The notes: generated from the sequence alone by a model not told the origin. DNA of 64,000 nt from Octopus vulgaris (GCA_951406725.2 OX597828.1:31682001-31746000); one strand, 5' to 3'. Counted from the stretch's first letter, positions 12,309 through 27,834 are shown. Translations and numbers: made by a program.

Positions 12309-14516
12309 TATGTTTGACTTTTGCTTTATATTTGTACAAGTTGGCTCCAAGTCTCACCCAGAGACCTCACGAGACAACAGGGTTGGAAGTTCATGTTGTT
12401 GTTATGCCTAGTGTGCCATATATTTGGGGGGTCGGGGTGTTGTACTAATGAATGTCTAAAAAAATTTTTTTTTTTTTTTTTAAACCGAAAATTATGTTTG
12501 TTTTAGAAAGTATTTTGCGTAGGATATGAGCAGTTCCTATGAGCACTATCTTTTGAATTTCTGCCATTTTTGGGTTTCCTGGTATCTGAGTTAGGTAGCT
12601 ATCTGCCCCTTTTGCTATCATTCCCAGGGCACCTATGGCAACAGGTATTGTTTTAGTCTTCAGCTTCCACATTTTGCTGATTTCTATTTCAAGATCTTTA
12701 TACTTGCTCAGTTTTTGGTAGGTCTTGACAGATACGTTTATATCGATTGAGACAGTCATATCAATGAGGAGGCATGTTCTTTGTTTGAAGTCTTTCAATA
12801 TGATGTCTGGCCTATTTGCATCTATCTTTCTGTCAGTTTGAATGGCGAAGTTCCAGAGGAGTGAGATGTGGTCATTTTCAAGCACTGGGGGTGGTTTGTG
12901 TTCCCACCAGTTTTTTTCATGGGGCAAATCCAGGTTTTTACAGATTACCCAGTGAATATATTGTGCAGCTCTATCGTGCCTGTTGAGATATTCTGTAGGC
13001 GCTAGAAGACTGCACTTGGAGACCACATGGTCAATGGTTTCATTTTGTGGCTTGCATACACGACACGTTGGACTGCTTCTGATCTTTAATATGTTGGCCT
13101 GGTAGTTTCTTGTTGGTAGGCATTTATCTTGAGCTGCTATGATAAACCCCTCTGTTTCAGATTTTAAGCCAGAGGCCATTAGCCATTGATGGGTCAGGGC
13201 TTTGTCAACATCTGCATTATTTGCTCTCTTTGGGTATTTGCCATAGAGAGGTTTTTCTTGCCATTTATCATTCAGAATATCTAAGGCCGCAGATTTAGCA
13301 CGGGTTTTCATGCGCTTAGCTTTTTCTGTGCCTGTTTCTTGTATGTCTATCTCTAATTCCGAAATTTGTTGTATTCGGAATTCACTTAGATATTCCTTTG
13401 CCTGTTTTGTTACTGAGTATGATGCTTTCTTGTTTTCATGTTTTGAGACAAGTTTTAACATCCAGTCCTCAGAGTTTTTCAGGTAGGTGTCTAGGCCAAT
13501 TGTAACAATCTTCATTGTTATTGCCAGTTGTAAAAGTCCACGGCCTCCCTCTTTTCTCGGCAGATAAAGTCGTTCTGTATCTGCCTTAGGGTGGTGCATT
13601 CTATGCATTGTCAACAGTTTTTGTATTTTTCTGTCAAGATTACATATTTCAGTAATTGACCAGTTAACGATACTGAAACTGTAAGTCACGACTGGTATGG
13701 CTAATGCATTGATCGCTTCGATCCTGTTTCTCGCATTCAGCTCTGTCTTGAGCATTGCTCTTACTCTGCGATAGCATTCTCTCCTATCCTTTCCTTCATC
13801 TCTGAATGCCTTATTCCTTCTCCTTCAATTACCCCTAGATACTTGTAGTTCTCTGCTGGGTCTAATTCTTTTATGACATTCTGCTGGTCAAGGTTAACGT
13901 TAGATGTTTCTGTCATTTTTCCTTTGATAAAGGTAGCTTTTGCGCATTTATCGAGGCCAAATTGCATTCTGATGTCATCACTGAATTGTTTGACAATCGC
14001 TAGTAAGCCCTTGAGTTGTTGGTCATTTTTTGCAAAGAGCTTTAAATCATCCATGTAAATGAGATGATTTATATTTTCATCAAACATTTTATATCCGTAC
14101 TGCGCATCATTGAGCAGTTTTGAGAGAGGTATTAAGGCTAAACAGAAGAGATGCGGTGATAGTGAGTCACCCTGGAAAATGCCACATGAAATTTTTACAT
14201 CACCAGCATTTAGAGATTCATTGTCACTGTTCAAAGTTAGTGTGGTTCTCCATGATCTCATACTTACAGACAAAAAGTTTCGCAGAGCAGGTGCTATCTT
14301 ATACATTTCTAGGCATTTATTAATCCAGCTATGTGGTAGGCTATCAAAAGCCTTTTTATAGTCTATCCAGGGTATTTATAAGTTTTTGTGTCGTTTGTGA
14401 CAATCTTCTAAGATCATCTTATTGATGAGTAGTTGATCTTTACAACCGTAGGATCCACGTTTACATCCTTTCTGTTCATTAGGGAATATGCTGCTGTCTG
14501 TCAAAAAAATTATAGG

Positions 14517-14517
<1 letters not shown>
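12309..14517 (-). mobile_element. 5'-truncated R4/Dong-clade non-LTR retrotransposon (RT + CCHC + restriction-like endonuclease) inserted in (TAA)n
   Basis: RT motifs EQKG, WIDYKKAFDS, GIFQGDSLSP, YMDD and YKYLG; LYLPRKEGGRGL; CRVC-x8-H-x4-C knuckle; RHD and NRPDII..LLIDMT endonuclease motifs. Flanked on both sides by (TTA)n. Confidence 0.92.
12445..14515 (-). pseudogene. Disrupted RT-RLE ORF of the Dong-like element
   Basis: In-frame stop at ~14376-14378 (HKNL*IPWIDY), frameshift near 13780 between ORFs 13761-14306 and 12445-13755, and missing N-terminus. Confidence 0.88.

Positions 14518-14582
<65 letters not shown>
14518..14582. repeat. (TTA)n microsatellite
   Basis: Direct observation. 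Confidence 0.95.
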
Positions 14583-14586
<4 letters not shown>

Positions 14587-14662
14587 CCACAAATATCCGT
14601 CAAATGTAAATAATGTAAATAATGTACATAATTCCTCATCTCTTACATATAGAAGTCTATTA

Positions 14663-14798
14663 TATACTGTTGTGTCTGGGGAGAGTCATTCACTTTTAGT
14701 GCCTTATAATTTAACACACTCACCGGTAAACTTTCCAGTCATTTACTTAAATTATAAGGCACCATAGAGAACGACTCTACCCAAACGCAACAGAATAT
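14663..14798. repeat. Imperfect ~50-bp inverted repeat (fold-back)
   Basis: gtgccttataatttaa / ttaaattataaggcac perfect core with diverged outer arms. Confidence 0.8.
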
Positions 14799-14824
14799 GC
14801 TTCAATTCACATAAAGAATCTTAC

Positions 14825-14864
<40 letters not shown>

Positions 14865-16509
14865 ACTATTGTAGTGTGAGTGCGTGCGCATATTTCTCTT
14901 TGTGTTTGCGGCTCAAAAGGACAATTACATTGCGAAAGTAACTTCTATGAAATTGAAATTTTGCCAAAGGAAGTGCCTTATATTCTGGAAATAAATATAG
15001 AGATATATACACCAATGGATATATTAGAGGACAACTGATATTTCGGAACGTCATATGTAGCAGACTGGGTCAATAAATGCAATAATTATCGATACATATT
15101 TTATTACAAAGATAAATACCCTTTCTATTACTTCATGTACATTAACTGCTAGTTATTAAGTTACAGCTTTTGTCTCTCCTTCAGAACATCAGGGCAGATT
15201 TTAATAAAACTTCGCCAACATTCTTTCATGAATTTTGCTCACAAATAATATCATTATCGAATCGTATTAAATCATTCAATTTTTTTCCAGGCTGAGTAGA
15301 CGAATGGTTTCTTTAAGAGGTCGAAAGAATACGCGTAAAATGCACACATAATGTAGCAATTTTAGGTCAAGAATTGTTGGAATATCACTGTGTTGTATTA
15401 GGTGTTGGAGTAGCGAGATTGAACATCTAGTAGACAAATTGCCCACGGACAGATTCATACGTGACATCATACAAGATGAAACTTTTCCTGGTTCTTTTGC
15501 AAATGGGTTTCAGATCTGCGAATAACGGATATATAGTTTCAGTAAAGGTATTCTTCGACACTCTTACTTCAGGACCAATCACTGTTACTTTTCCTTTTTC
15601 TGTGCAGTTAAGCATGAACAGTGAAACCTTTATAAAGAAATGAACTAACGCCAATTTTCTATCGTACAGATTTCAATTATATCGGGATTTGGTAACCCCC
15701 ATGTATGTTCAGCTGAAATATATCAGTGTTACGATATCACAAGCCTAGTCGGTCAAAGCTACGTAATATTAAATTTAAAATAACAAGTACTAAATTTCGT
15801 AACACTTCCTCAATATTTACCCTTAAATACAGAAACTATAGTCTGAGAAAAACCTACATAGGTTTGTGATACACGCCAGTATACATATTCATTTTCAGTG
15901 GCGATGTGAAACAAATGTTACATATAAACCTACGGGGAAAATTTATGTATGTGAAATCTATAACGTATAGGATGGACAGTATAAAATAGGAACATAATTG
16001 CAGGTATGAAATATAAGCAAACTTGATTCTATATTAAATGCTGATTCCACTTTTTCATTCTAGTGTGATTATAAGTGTTCATATTTATTGAAGACGATGA
16101 AGATGGAAACGTTATAAAGAATAAATCGATTTGAACAGACATACATCCATTTGTGATGGAAAATAATTGGAAATTGCCATTGAATGCCATAGCAAATGAA
16201 CGAGATATTGAGATGCTCCTATATAATCACATAATACGCTTTACTTTTAAATAAAGGGCATGTTTAATACGCCTAGGGCAAAAAGTATGTTCTATGAGAA
16301 AACACGCGGAAATAAATAAACAAATAATACTTATCAATCAGTGTCCTTATTTCTTGGATCACAGCTTCGAGTAAAAATATAAAGATAATTCTAATATTCT
16401 GGATTGAAATTATGATGCAAATTTATTTTTTGTTGACATATATCCAGGTGCAAATCAAATTTGCTGTAAAGTAGTAGTTGTATTGGTAGTAGAACTAGTA
16501 GTAATAGTA

Positions 16510-16652
16510 GTATATATACATATATATGTATATGTATACATATATATATATGTGTGTATGTATGTATATATATATACATATATATGTATATGCATATATA
16601 TACATGTATATACATATATATATATATATGCATATATATATACATATATATA

Positions 16653-16714
<62 letters not shown>

Positions 16715-16832
16715 AACACACACAAACACAGATAGTTAGATAGACAGACATATAGACAGATAGATAGACAGACAGACATATAGATAGATAGATAGATAGA
16801 TAGATAGAGACAGAGACAGAGAGAGAGAGATA
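16510..16832. repeat. Compound (TA)n/(CA)n/(GATA)n/(GA)n microsatellite
   Basis: Direct observation. Confidence 0.95.
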
Positions 16833-17876
16833 GTTTGAGGGGTAGATATTATCTGCGTTGCTTGTATATTTACATATTTTGCACAGTTTCTGTGTTTTTT
16901 TTTTATTTTTCTCTATTGTAATACATCTTTTTATTGTATCTATGAAACATATCGTCGTTGCACATCAATAGCGAATTTTCTGCTGAACATCAATATAAAT
17001 ATATTTTAGTTACTTTTTTGTCCCATGAGATTTCTATTTGTATTTAAACCAAAGTATTATCCATCATTCACGAGCAGAGATAAAGACGTTTAGAAGTAAA
17101 TAGTTATATGTATATTAATATAAGTTTTTTCTGTATTTTCTAAATGCATGTATATGTATACAACAGCGTATGTGAACATAGATACGTGTGCATGGAGAAA
17201 AAGATAACTGCAAAAACATATATAGTATAATCCTTCAGCGATTACTAGGTTTATAACGAATATACTCATAACGATATTAAGTGTCAGTCTATCCGTATCT
17301 ATCAGCATATCTGTCATTCTCTGTCTGCCTCTAATTCTATATATTGATAGATACATCCAGATATATGCATAAACACACACACGCACGCATACATATATGG
17401 GGCCATGGAGTGATGGAAGAATGGAGGAAGGAATGTATGAATGGGTGGATTACGTATACACGGAATGTGAGAGAGTGCGAAAGCTAGGTATTAAGAGAAA
17501 TAGACTTACAGAATGGCGGACAGACCAACATACAGATAGATACAGCGTACTATTGTGGTTCTCCCCGTAATGATATGCTTAGTAACACAGTGTTTGTTTG
17601 TCTACGAATATGTATATTTCCATATACTTCATTTACAATTCATGAAATTTCTTATTTTGTTAACATGATGTATGAGGTATGAACGCCTCTAAGTAACTAA
17701 ATGGATATTCCCAGTCTGAATAATGATATTACATTGATTTAAAAAAAAAGAAAAAACTTTATAATGCTTTTATTGTCAGTTTTTATTCAGTTGAAACTGA
17801 TTGGTATTCATATATAGAAACCTCCAGCAAACCACACACGACACATATATTTATGTATGTATGTATACATACATAC

Positions 17877-17929
<53 letters not shown>

Positions 17930-20003
17930 TATATATTATTATATATACATAGATAGGTGTCTGCGTCAGTGTTATGAATTTTAATAATTTCTCTGGGTGT
18001 ATATGGGGGTCAAGGGCGATTAATTTGACAGATGAAACATGAATATGACTCACTTCATCATTTTAAATATAAAATTTTTATTATATTCCCGTGGAAGAAC
18101 TTCCTTGCAAAGGCACAATTCTTTGCATTATCTAACGTGCGCATTATAGGAAATCGTTGACGTTGCTCTTTTCGGCTATATAGCCTGGGGAAATGCATGT
18201 GTAGAAAATATGTGTTCATTTGATGCATAACATTTACTACGGAATGTATAACTGATACACAAATGAATATAAAGTTACGTTTGCGTGTATGTGTGTTTTC
18301 TCTTCTCATATATGATGTCTTTAAAAAACAGTTCCTTTTATTTTTGATTTCTTGTGTTTTGCTTTCTACTGATGGTCTGGCCTCGAATTATTAGGCTTCA
18401 TGAACAAATTCATAGACAGAACAGCAATGAAAGAGTATGTTAAAAAGGCGCCGGGACACGGTATTTGCTGACCCATTAGAAAATTCAGGTGTTCTCGTGG
18501 AAGAAACTTTCCTTCGATTCCGGAATGCCTCAAAAGCTCCTCGAATGTCTTACTCCACATTCGAGTATTGTGGAGGTTTTGCTAATATCTTATTCCCACT
18601 TCATTGTCCTTGGATTTATGGACATGTATCAAACAAGTGCCGATTCGTTCCAGGAAAGAACGAACGAGATTTTCAGGCATTTTGAAAAAATGAACTACTG
18701 TAACGAAGTACACGACAACATGCGCGACAAACCCCTCGTGTCTCAAACATATATATACACACAACTAAATATAAATAACATCTTCAATCGTTTACCTTTT
18801 TATTTGTTTCTCTGTTATGAGGATGGAAACAGTGAAGCTCACGCTATCAAACCATGTTTGACGATACGCAAAGAAAAACATGCATATTTGTAAATATATA
18901 CATAAACGACGGCTGCTAGATGATATATAAAACTAACAAGGACAATTTAATCTGTCACTAATAGTCATTGGGGGTGATGGGTAGCACCTATATTGCTAGA
19001 AACAAGAGTCAAATACACTTATATTTGCCAAAAAAGCACATATCTATGCACTGGCAGAGGAGATAACCACCTCTCAGCTAGCGAGGTGACTATACTAGCT
19101 AGTTTCGCTTAGCTCATCAGTAATGGTTAATTCATTCATTTTATTATATATTTGAAGTCATATATAAAAATAGATTTTAGTTGTGTTCGTGGTATATAAA
19201 AGAAATGCTCGCCCACAGTTAAATCAATTCTTGAAGCTTGGTGATGATTAGCTTATATTCGATTCGTGCAGATTCACTTTAATCAGAAATTTCGAAACTA
19301 ATATATTTGCCTGGTTCTTCAAATTTATATTTAGTTGTACACAATTAAACTTTCAAATTTTTTTTTCTGCTGGAAGAATAGCTTCAGATATCACTTACAG
19401 AGAAGAACAAGGATATACAAATCCACAAACAAAGACACAGACGCAGAAATACATTACGTGTATGTGTGAGTGCGCATGTGCCTTCTGCTATGTTCCAGGT
19501 TACCGCTAACCGCACTGATTATTATTTAACGTCTATGACAAAAATGTGTTGTCTCTCACGCTGTACGTTCCTCTGATGGGTAACTCCGTATTCGCTTCTC
19601 TTGTCGGTAGTATTATCTGGAGTTTGTGATAGCAATAATTATAACGATTGAGAATATGGAGACGTGTTCCTCCTACTTTTATTTTATAGTGTCATACAGC
19701 ATATTTTATAGTTATTACACACGATCCTACTACACATACTATTGGCACGTTCATATGCAAACGAGTGCATGTTTCTCTGCAGCTTCGTTCAAGGTCTACC
19801 CACCATCGATGGAAACACAGAGTTCGTAATGACATGCAAGAATGAAATTGTAATATAAATGGAAATATATTTTGAGGATGAAGAATTATTTTTCCATTTT
19901 AGAGCGTTATTCTCCTTCCATATATATATACACATATAAAGAAATACACACACACACACACATATATATACATATATATATAGATAATTATATATATATA
20001 TAT

Positions 20004-20050
<47 letters not shown>

Positions 20051-22849
20051 ATATTTATACATATATGTATATATATGCACAACTACATGCACACAAAACA
20101 CATTTATGTATGTGAGTACTATCGCAATGATCAATGAGCGTTTATTTGCTTTTGACGATCACGAGAATTTTACCTATAATAATTTGGCGGACGGATAATT
20201 TTGAATGATATGATAAATAAATAAATTATTCATATTTTGTAAAAATCTCTTTTCCTATGTCACAATCTATTTGATTATTTCTAAGAACATCAACACCTGC
20301 GTAAATACATAATTCGATCATGGTTATTCATTGTTCTTACATGTTAGCGGACATTTCTTTTAAATTATCCGGAACTTAAATGATGTATCAAGACGAATCT
20401 AAATAAATCTCTGTAGTTCATATTGGAATAATCGCATGTTTAGTAAACATAATTGAATGCATGGAGCGATTTATAATTAGATAGTTAATTATAATCTAAG
20501 CTAATTTTGAAACCAGAATTAAATTTCATTTCTTAATGTTTAGATTCCGTGCATATCCGGGTGCGTGTTATATTAAGACAGAAATTCGAATTCAATAAAT
20601 AGTTTTGGATATAATTGAGTTCTTAGAGTTATGAAATATATATTCATGAAATATTAAAAACCAACATGTTTATTTAACAAAATATAGAAATAAACTAACG
20701 TAATATTCCAAAACCCAATAAAAACACGAATTGGTTTTATTCAACTGAAAATATAAATGTTTACAAGTCAGGTATTTTACTTCTACGTATTTACAGATTT
20801 GTCAAACTTACCCTCAATAAATCTAGAATATCATTATTGGCCTGAATACACAATATCTTAACGTTTTATGTAAAGAGATCCAAATTACACACTCCAATCC
20901 ATGTTTATTTATAACGTAGTTTTATATCATTCAATCTTCAATGATCAAATATTATCATGATATAATTTGAATACACACGCATAAAATATTTGCAAGATTC
21001 CATGAAATTTGCATATAATACACTCATCTAATATGTGTTTTCAGCACTGTAATACGAGGCAAGTAAGTTTATCCGCCTTTTATAATTAACCACGGAAGAA
21101 GAAGTTTATGGCTGCGGCATTTACTTGCCTACATAGACAGGTAGTCTTGGTATTATTGTTTTTGCTGATTTAATATTTATTGATTAATAATCGAATACAA
21201 AAGGAGTAGTCAAGTTGGATTCCCTTCCGATAAGGCAACACAGATAATTAAATACATCGACTATGATGAAAAAGTGAGACACATACTGGCTTAGATGTTT
21301 TGGTTCACGAACTGTGTGAAGCTAATAATATTATATAACATTGTATTGTGTAATGCATTGAAATAAGACGTTGACTAGAACTGTTTGCAATATATATTCT
21401 CTGTTCTTTAACATCAAACACTGGTGAAATCAATTACATATTATCTTAGGTTTGATAACTAAAATGTATATCAACTAATAGACTACTTATTTATCTCTTT
21501 ATATCTGGATTGGTTATATTCCTCTGCCATTTGTGTCGTGTCACGATGTCTCTTTCTCAAATTATGAAAAGAAGTAGATGCAGTAACTACAACAGTCTTA
21601 TATGATAGAGGAAGGGATATGTTCTGCTTTTATATGGCGTCACACTTTGAAATTCTGCAGAGGCACTTAACTGTTAATTCTAGTAAGCTTAATACATCGC
21701 TAATATTACTGGTGATACTACTTGCATATCTATCAACGAAAACAACAGAAAGAACATTAACTGCAGGGTAGTAAAAAAACATTGTGTGCTTGTAAGTTAT
21801 TTATTATTAATAGTTCGTTCCATAAGAACTATTTTATGGAGACTGAAATAATATATACCTCCATCAAAATTACACTATGGAAACTGTTATCTGTGCCATA
21901 TTCATTGCCGAATTTGTTATATTTCGGTATGTGTATATGAATGTAATTATTTCTTGAAAGAAAATATGTCGCGTTGATCTCGATTTCTGAAATTTAACCA
22001 GTATGTTATTCAGATGTCTAAAATTTTAAGAATGTATTTTGCAGCACAGAAACTTTATATTTTACAAAAATATTTTGCACATATGCAAATTTTGCAAAAT
22101 TCTCGTTTCATTAAATTATGGGGAAATAGTTGAATCATTATGTTAAATTGAAATGTATATTATCTGAACTTCTAATTCCCCTCCAACAATATATTGTTTC
22201 GATATATGCAATCATAGATCAATTTTATTTCGCATACAGAAAAATTCAACTGGAGTGAAATGCATTTGAAAGTTTTACGAGTAAAATAAAATTTGTATAT
22301 CTACAGCGTAACACTATGCCGCTTTGCAATGCGTCATGAATATATGAATGTTACGAACACACGATCTACGTATTAAAATTTTCAAAATGATTTATAGTAC
22401 TTAAAGTATCAATGGGAAAAGAAAATAGAAATACGTCAATATATATTTTTTCATAGGAAATAGAAAACTTCAAAAAGAAATACCCAAATTTTCAAAAAAT
22501 GATAATTTTATACTCGAGGATTGTCATTAGAGTAAAAATGGTTTTCAAAAAGTGGACATATTGAGTGTTCTTTTCTATTTCTATTTAATTCGACGCATAT
22601 GTTACATCTGACGAAAAAAGAGGAAATATTCAAATCATTTCGATACATTTTTTCACTATATACATTTCAAAACGTATGTTATTGTTATAAAGGTTTCCTG
22701 CAGCTCTATTATTGAAAATATATAGTTTCATAATACACACTTATAAATTCAGTTCAGATAACTTATTATGTATATGCAACACAAAAAGTTAGCGTACGCA
22801 CATACACGTTTATACAGTTTACCTACTCTTTTATTTTGTCATTGTGTTA

Positions 22850-22995
22850 CTTGCCGCATTCATTACTCTGCGAACATACTGGGAGCGCCGCCTCGCAGAA
22901 TTTTAGCAGTCGAACGAATCGACCCGAATTATATTTTTAAGTCTGGTACTTATAATCTCGGTTCATTTTGTCGAACCACTAAGTTACGGGAACAG
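22850..22995 (-). mobile_element. SINE family B, decayed 3' fragment
   Basis: gtcgaacgaatcgaccc..gtactta..gaaccactaagttacggg. Confidence 0.6.
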
Positions 22996-23048
22996 AAAGG
23001 CATCAACATATCTATCTATTCATTTATCTATTCATATATATATGTATA

Positions 23049-23355
<307 letters not shown>

Positions 23356-24097
23356 TATGTAAATATGCATACATTCTTACATATATGTCTTCATACACAC
23401 TCACACACACAATATTAATTGAACAAAAGCATGAGGAGTGTAGTCCCATGTTGCTTATTATCTGGTCGTGTGAATCATCACAAAATTATTGCGGTGGTAG
23501 ATATAAAGAAAGAACAAGATTTAGAACAGGGTGGAGGGCAAATTACAAACATACAAATTGAACCGTGTTGTACATTGCAATATTTTCAAGGTGCATTGTA
23601 GTTTTTGACGGCCAAATTAAAACAACAGACTCGCAGACGAATTCGTTGTGTGAAATATACTTTTGACTATCGCCGCATTACGAAATGCTAGGCAGACCAG
23701 GATTGGTCTACATGACATGGAAGACGTTGACGTAATGCAAGTGAGAATGAAAAGAATTAATGTTGGGATTGGTTCTGTGGCAGTAGAATATAAGATATAA
23801 TTCAAATGAAGGAGACGTGAAAGAAAAATTGAGAGAAATATGTAGTGAGAAGCACGGGGCTCAAGGACAGAGTATCACACCAAGAGAGAGACAGAGACAT
23901 AAACAAGGATGAGTGTAAGCTTCCGAGAGAGGATCAGCGAATGGCTGAATGCTGCACCATTAGTCCAATAAATCAACCTTCGTGCTTATTATATTTTAAT
24001 ATGTTACAATTCCTATCGCTCTTTGTTTCGTATCACCAGGTTTCCTATGCATAAAGATAAAAATAAGACACATGCACCCACTTACACGCATACGTGC

Positions 24098-24176
<79 letters not shown>

Positions 24177-27100
24177 TGAGAAAGTTGGTGTGTGAAAGCA
24201 CGTGGTTGAATATATAGAAAATAGTAAAAAGTTAAAAAACTACAGAAGGCCTATACACATACATGCACACACAAACGCATATGTATATGTAACAGTCGAA
24301 CAATGAGGATGAGTACTCAACACCACAATGGTGGATAAAGTTTCGTTATTTTTGTTTTAATGTTAACGATAGCTTCATGCTAAGAACAAATATTTTAATA
24401 TCTTAGCAAATTTTCAAGCCGATCATTTCGAGGAATGGTGTTTAAAGATGTTTCTTAACGTAGAATCATTCGTTGTCTTAATACACAAGAAAACGTTATA
24501 TACATGTGTGTGAGTGTGTGTGCGTGTTTATATGTATCTGTGTGTGTGTTTGTATCGTCAGTAAATCATAAATCCGAAAGAGAAGATATAGAGCAGTAGA
24601 GAATTCAGTACAATTTATGCCTGGTTTATAGATTTATCCTACGTTCCCCGTTTATAAGGCAAGGGTCGCCAGACCCTAATGTGTTTAAGGTCTTATGAGA
24701 CATTTGTAAACCTATGCACTTTATGAACGCGAAACCATAGGTAACCCTATAAAGCACTCATAAGGAACATTCACTTTATCTCTATCTCTCTCTCTCACTG
24801 TTCTCTGTAAATACGCACACACACATACACATCTGTACATAATTCAAATTTACAGACAGCAAAAAACGAAGACAGGTGAAGGAAAAACAAGAGGATTAAC
24901 GCTCGGTTTACTGCTCCAAATCTTGGTCACCGCAGAGAGTAAAACCGATGGTAGAACTTGGGGCAATTCAGCGTCACTAAATAAAAAAGGGCATCTCCGT
25001 CCACTTCACTACTTCAGTAGAAACACACAACCAGACACAATATGGAAAAGCGGTGTTCTTTAACCGTCTTCAATCTGTGGAGAATTTTTTGGTGAGTGGT
25101 ATCACGTTCGTAAACAAATTTTCAAAGCCATGTTTCGATGTCACACAATCTTCACACCTACTTCATCAGGAAATGAATGATGGCATGTCACTTCTGATTA
25201 GATTTAAGTGAATACGAACATGTCAATACAAATGTTATGCCCTCTTTTGAGCGAAATACTTTATTTATTAGATAGATGTGCATGAGTTGAAGCAGCACAA
25301 TTTAAGTCCTTCAGAGTATGGCATCGGAGGCTTCAGTGGGCACGACGACTAAGTCGACAGTTTTAAGAATATGTATATATCAAATTGAATTATGATATTT
25401 TATTGTATATAATGTTGAACGAGCCTAAGATATATTAGAAGTTTCTTGCTAAAAGAAAAGAATTTAACCCGACACGTTACCACAGTTTAATTGCTCGATA
25501 CATTCTCATACCTACGCCACTTAACTGATTAATATTACCAAATAATTATCTATGTATTTACTATATTTGTATGTATAATTCATAGCTTGTGTGTCTCTGG
25601 GAGATTATATTATTCAACATGCATTGAGAACGATTTGAGAAAATAATGTCATTTTAAAGAATATTTAGGTTATTGTACCAATATTTCAAACATAATTTAT
25701 GGCAAGCTCCTAACAGAACTACTGCGTTTCTTTTCTGTCATTCTGTTCACATTACAAGGGCATGTCGAATCTGAAGTGTTAAGTTGCATAAATTTTGCTT
25801 TAAATAAAAAAAACAACATAGAGCATGTGTTTGTAGCGATAATTATTTAACTCATTAAATGAAAATTTCTCTGTTGTAGCATAAATATTCTAATGTTTCC
25901 CATTTTCCTAAAAAAATGACTTGAAAGTCTTCCGTCCATTCTTCATTGAGAGACTCTTCTTTGTGATACACTCCTGTGAAATGGGAAAACATCCCGTGTT
26001 ATTTTATGCATCTCAGTTTCCGGGTCTTCTTTTAAGTATTTCACTGTAACTCTAAACATATTTAGGAAGACCAACATAAAAATATCGACTCCATAGGTCA
26101 GAGTATGGCAATTGAAAAAGGTTGAACAAAAACGAATAATCACTGGTATGGAAACCATCACAAATTTATTTTATGTTTTTGCAATAATGCTCAAGTTTAT
26201 GCTAACCAATGATATTAAAAGGAAATGTTTTTGCTCCTCATTGTAGATGTAGAAAATGCATAGCAAGAACTGAGGGAAAAAATGCTTTTTTTATATATAT
26301 CCATCGTGTTTCAGATGCATTTGAAGCACTGCATAACAACAAGCAACATGTTCTTGTGGAATGATTTGTTCCTTTGGGAATATTGTATTCAAAATCATTT
26401 GTTAGCACAGATAATACTAACACACGTGCACATAATTATGAATATAAATCTCTCGGTTACCTATAATTTTGTTCCATGAGAGCGTGTGAGTAGAGGGATT
26501 ATAGATCGTTTATTTTGCTTACAATGATACTCAAGCTTCAAAAATGGAATCCCGTTTGCTACTAAATTATATTCATTTCAATAATATGGTAATATTTTCG
26601 CATCTGTCCATCTAAACGGTTCTAATGCTATCTAATTTCTTGGAATCTAGTAACGTTATACGTTATTATTTATGCATATTCCGAACGTGCACGCATAAAT
26701 ATTTTGACACAGTATGTGTGCAATAGTATGCCACAGAGTGTATAAGCTGTTGGTGTCAGATACACTTACACATAAATGTATGTGCGCGGACTAGTATACA
26801 ATTAAGTCGTGTAATGCAAATACTTGAAGGGAGAGAAAACTTAGTGCTGTTCAAACAACTCTCTCTCTCTCTCTCTCTCACTCACTCACTCTCTCTCAAA
26901 TACAATACGAACGTTGGCACTCCCGCTGTTAAAAAAATATAGGACCGTTTCAATCAGGAAGAAGCCAGGATATTCTTTACTAGTTGCGATACCAAATGTA
27001 GTAGTATCAATAATATTCTTATTCTGCAACCGATTATCCTTAGAGAAACTCTGATTGAGCAAACGCATATTTATTCCAAAGCATTGAATTCAGAAATACG

Positions 27101-27777
27101 TTATCCTGGTTGCTACTCTTTGTTATGTTCGGAGAAAAATAATTTAAACTCTTAATTGTAAGATTTTATGATAGCTAATTCTGCTATGTCTAGCATACTG
27201 CGACATTTGTTGCCCAGAAATTGAAATGAAATGTTGACAGGAGATGTACTTGCCTGTAGTTTAATGATTATAAAAATTTATAATTTTTGCATAATTTGAG
27301 AGAAAAAGTGGATGGATATATGCCATGGCATTCTAAACAGATTAATTTGAGTTACATATGTTTTGTTATTTCAAATTCCGTTTTGGATTTCCGGCACAAA
27401 TAAAATAAAGCATGAAATGTTACAGGTGATTCGTTACATATTTGTTTTGTTTTGTTTTTAATTTGGCTCTTGCGTTTTCATATCTTTATATTTTGTTGCC
27501 ACTTCTTGCTTCCCAAAATAAGTTTGGAAAATATCACGTTATTAAAAGAAATATAGAATCTTTTATTTTTAATTGTTTCCTTCATTACAGCGTAGTCAGG
27601 ATACGGCAGCGCATTCCAATCGAACAGTATACACCAGTACATACCTTCAAATCTACTATATCTTCTAATGATCCCTATTGGCAAACCAAGGGTATAAACA
27701 AGCCAACACCAGAGATAAGGTGGCGAGATGACAAGTTCAAACACAAAGGCATGCACACACTGGTATACACACAGATA

Positions 27778-27829
<52 letters not shown>

Positions 27830-27834
27830 TGATA

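Noticed and set aside
18366-18893. Cluster of overlapping ORFs in higher-GC sequence
   Set aside because: No recognisable motifs or splice structure. Probably an old repeat fragment.
25125-25175. Minus-strand CTGATGA...GAAAC spacing suggestive of a hammerhead
   Set aside because: Stems I and II cannot be drawn convincingly and the cleavage triplet is absent (GGC).
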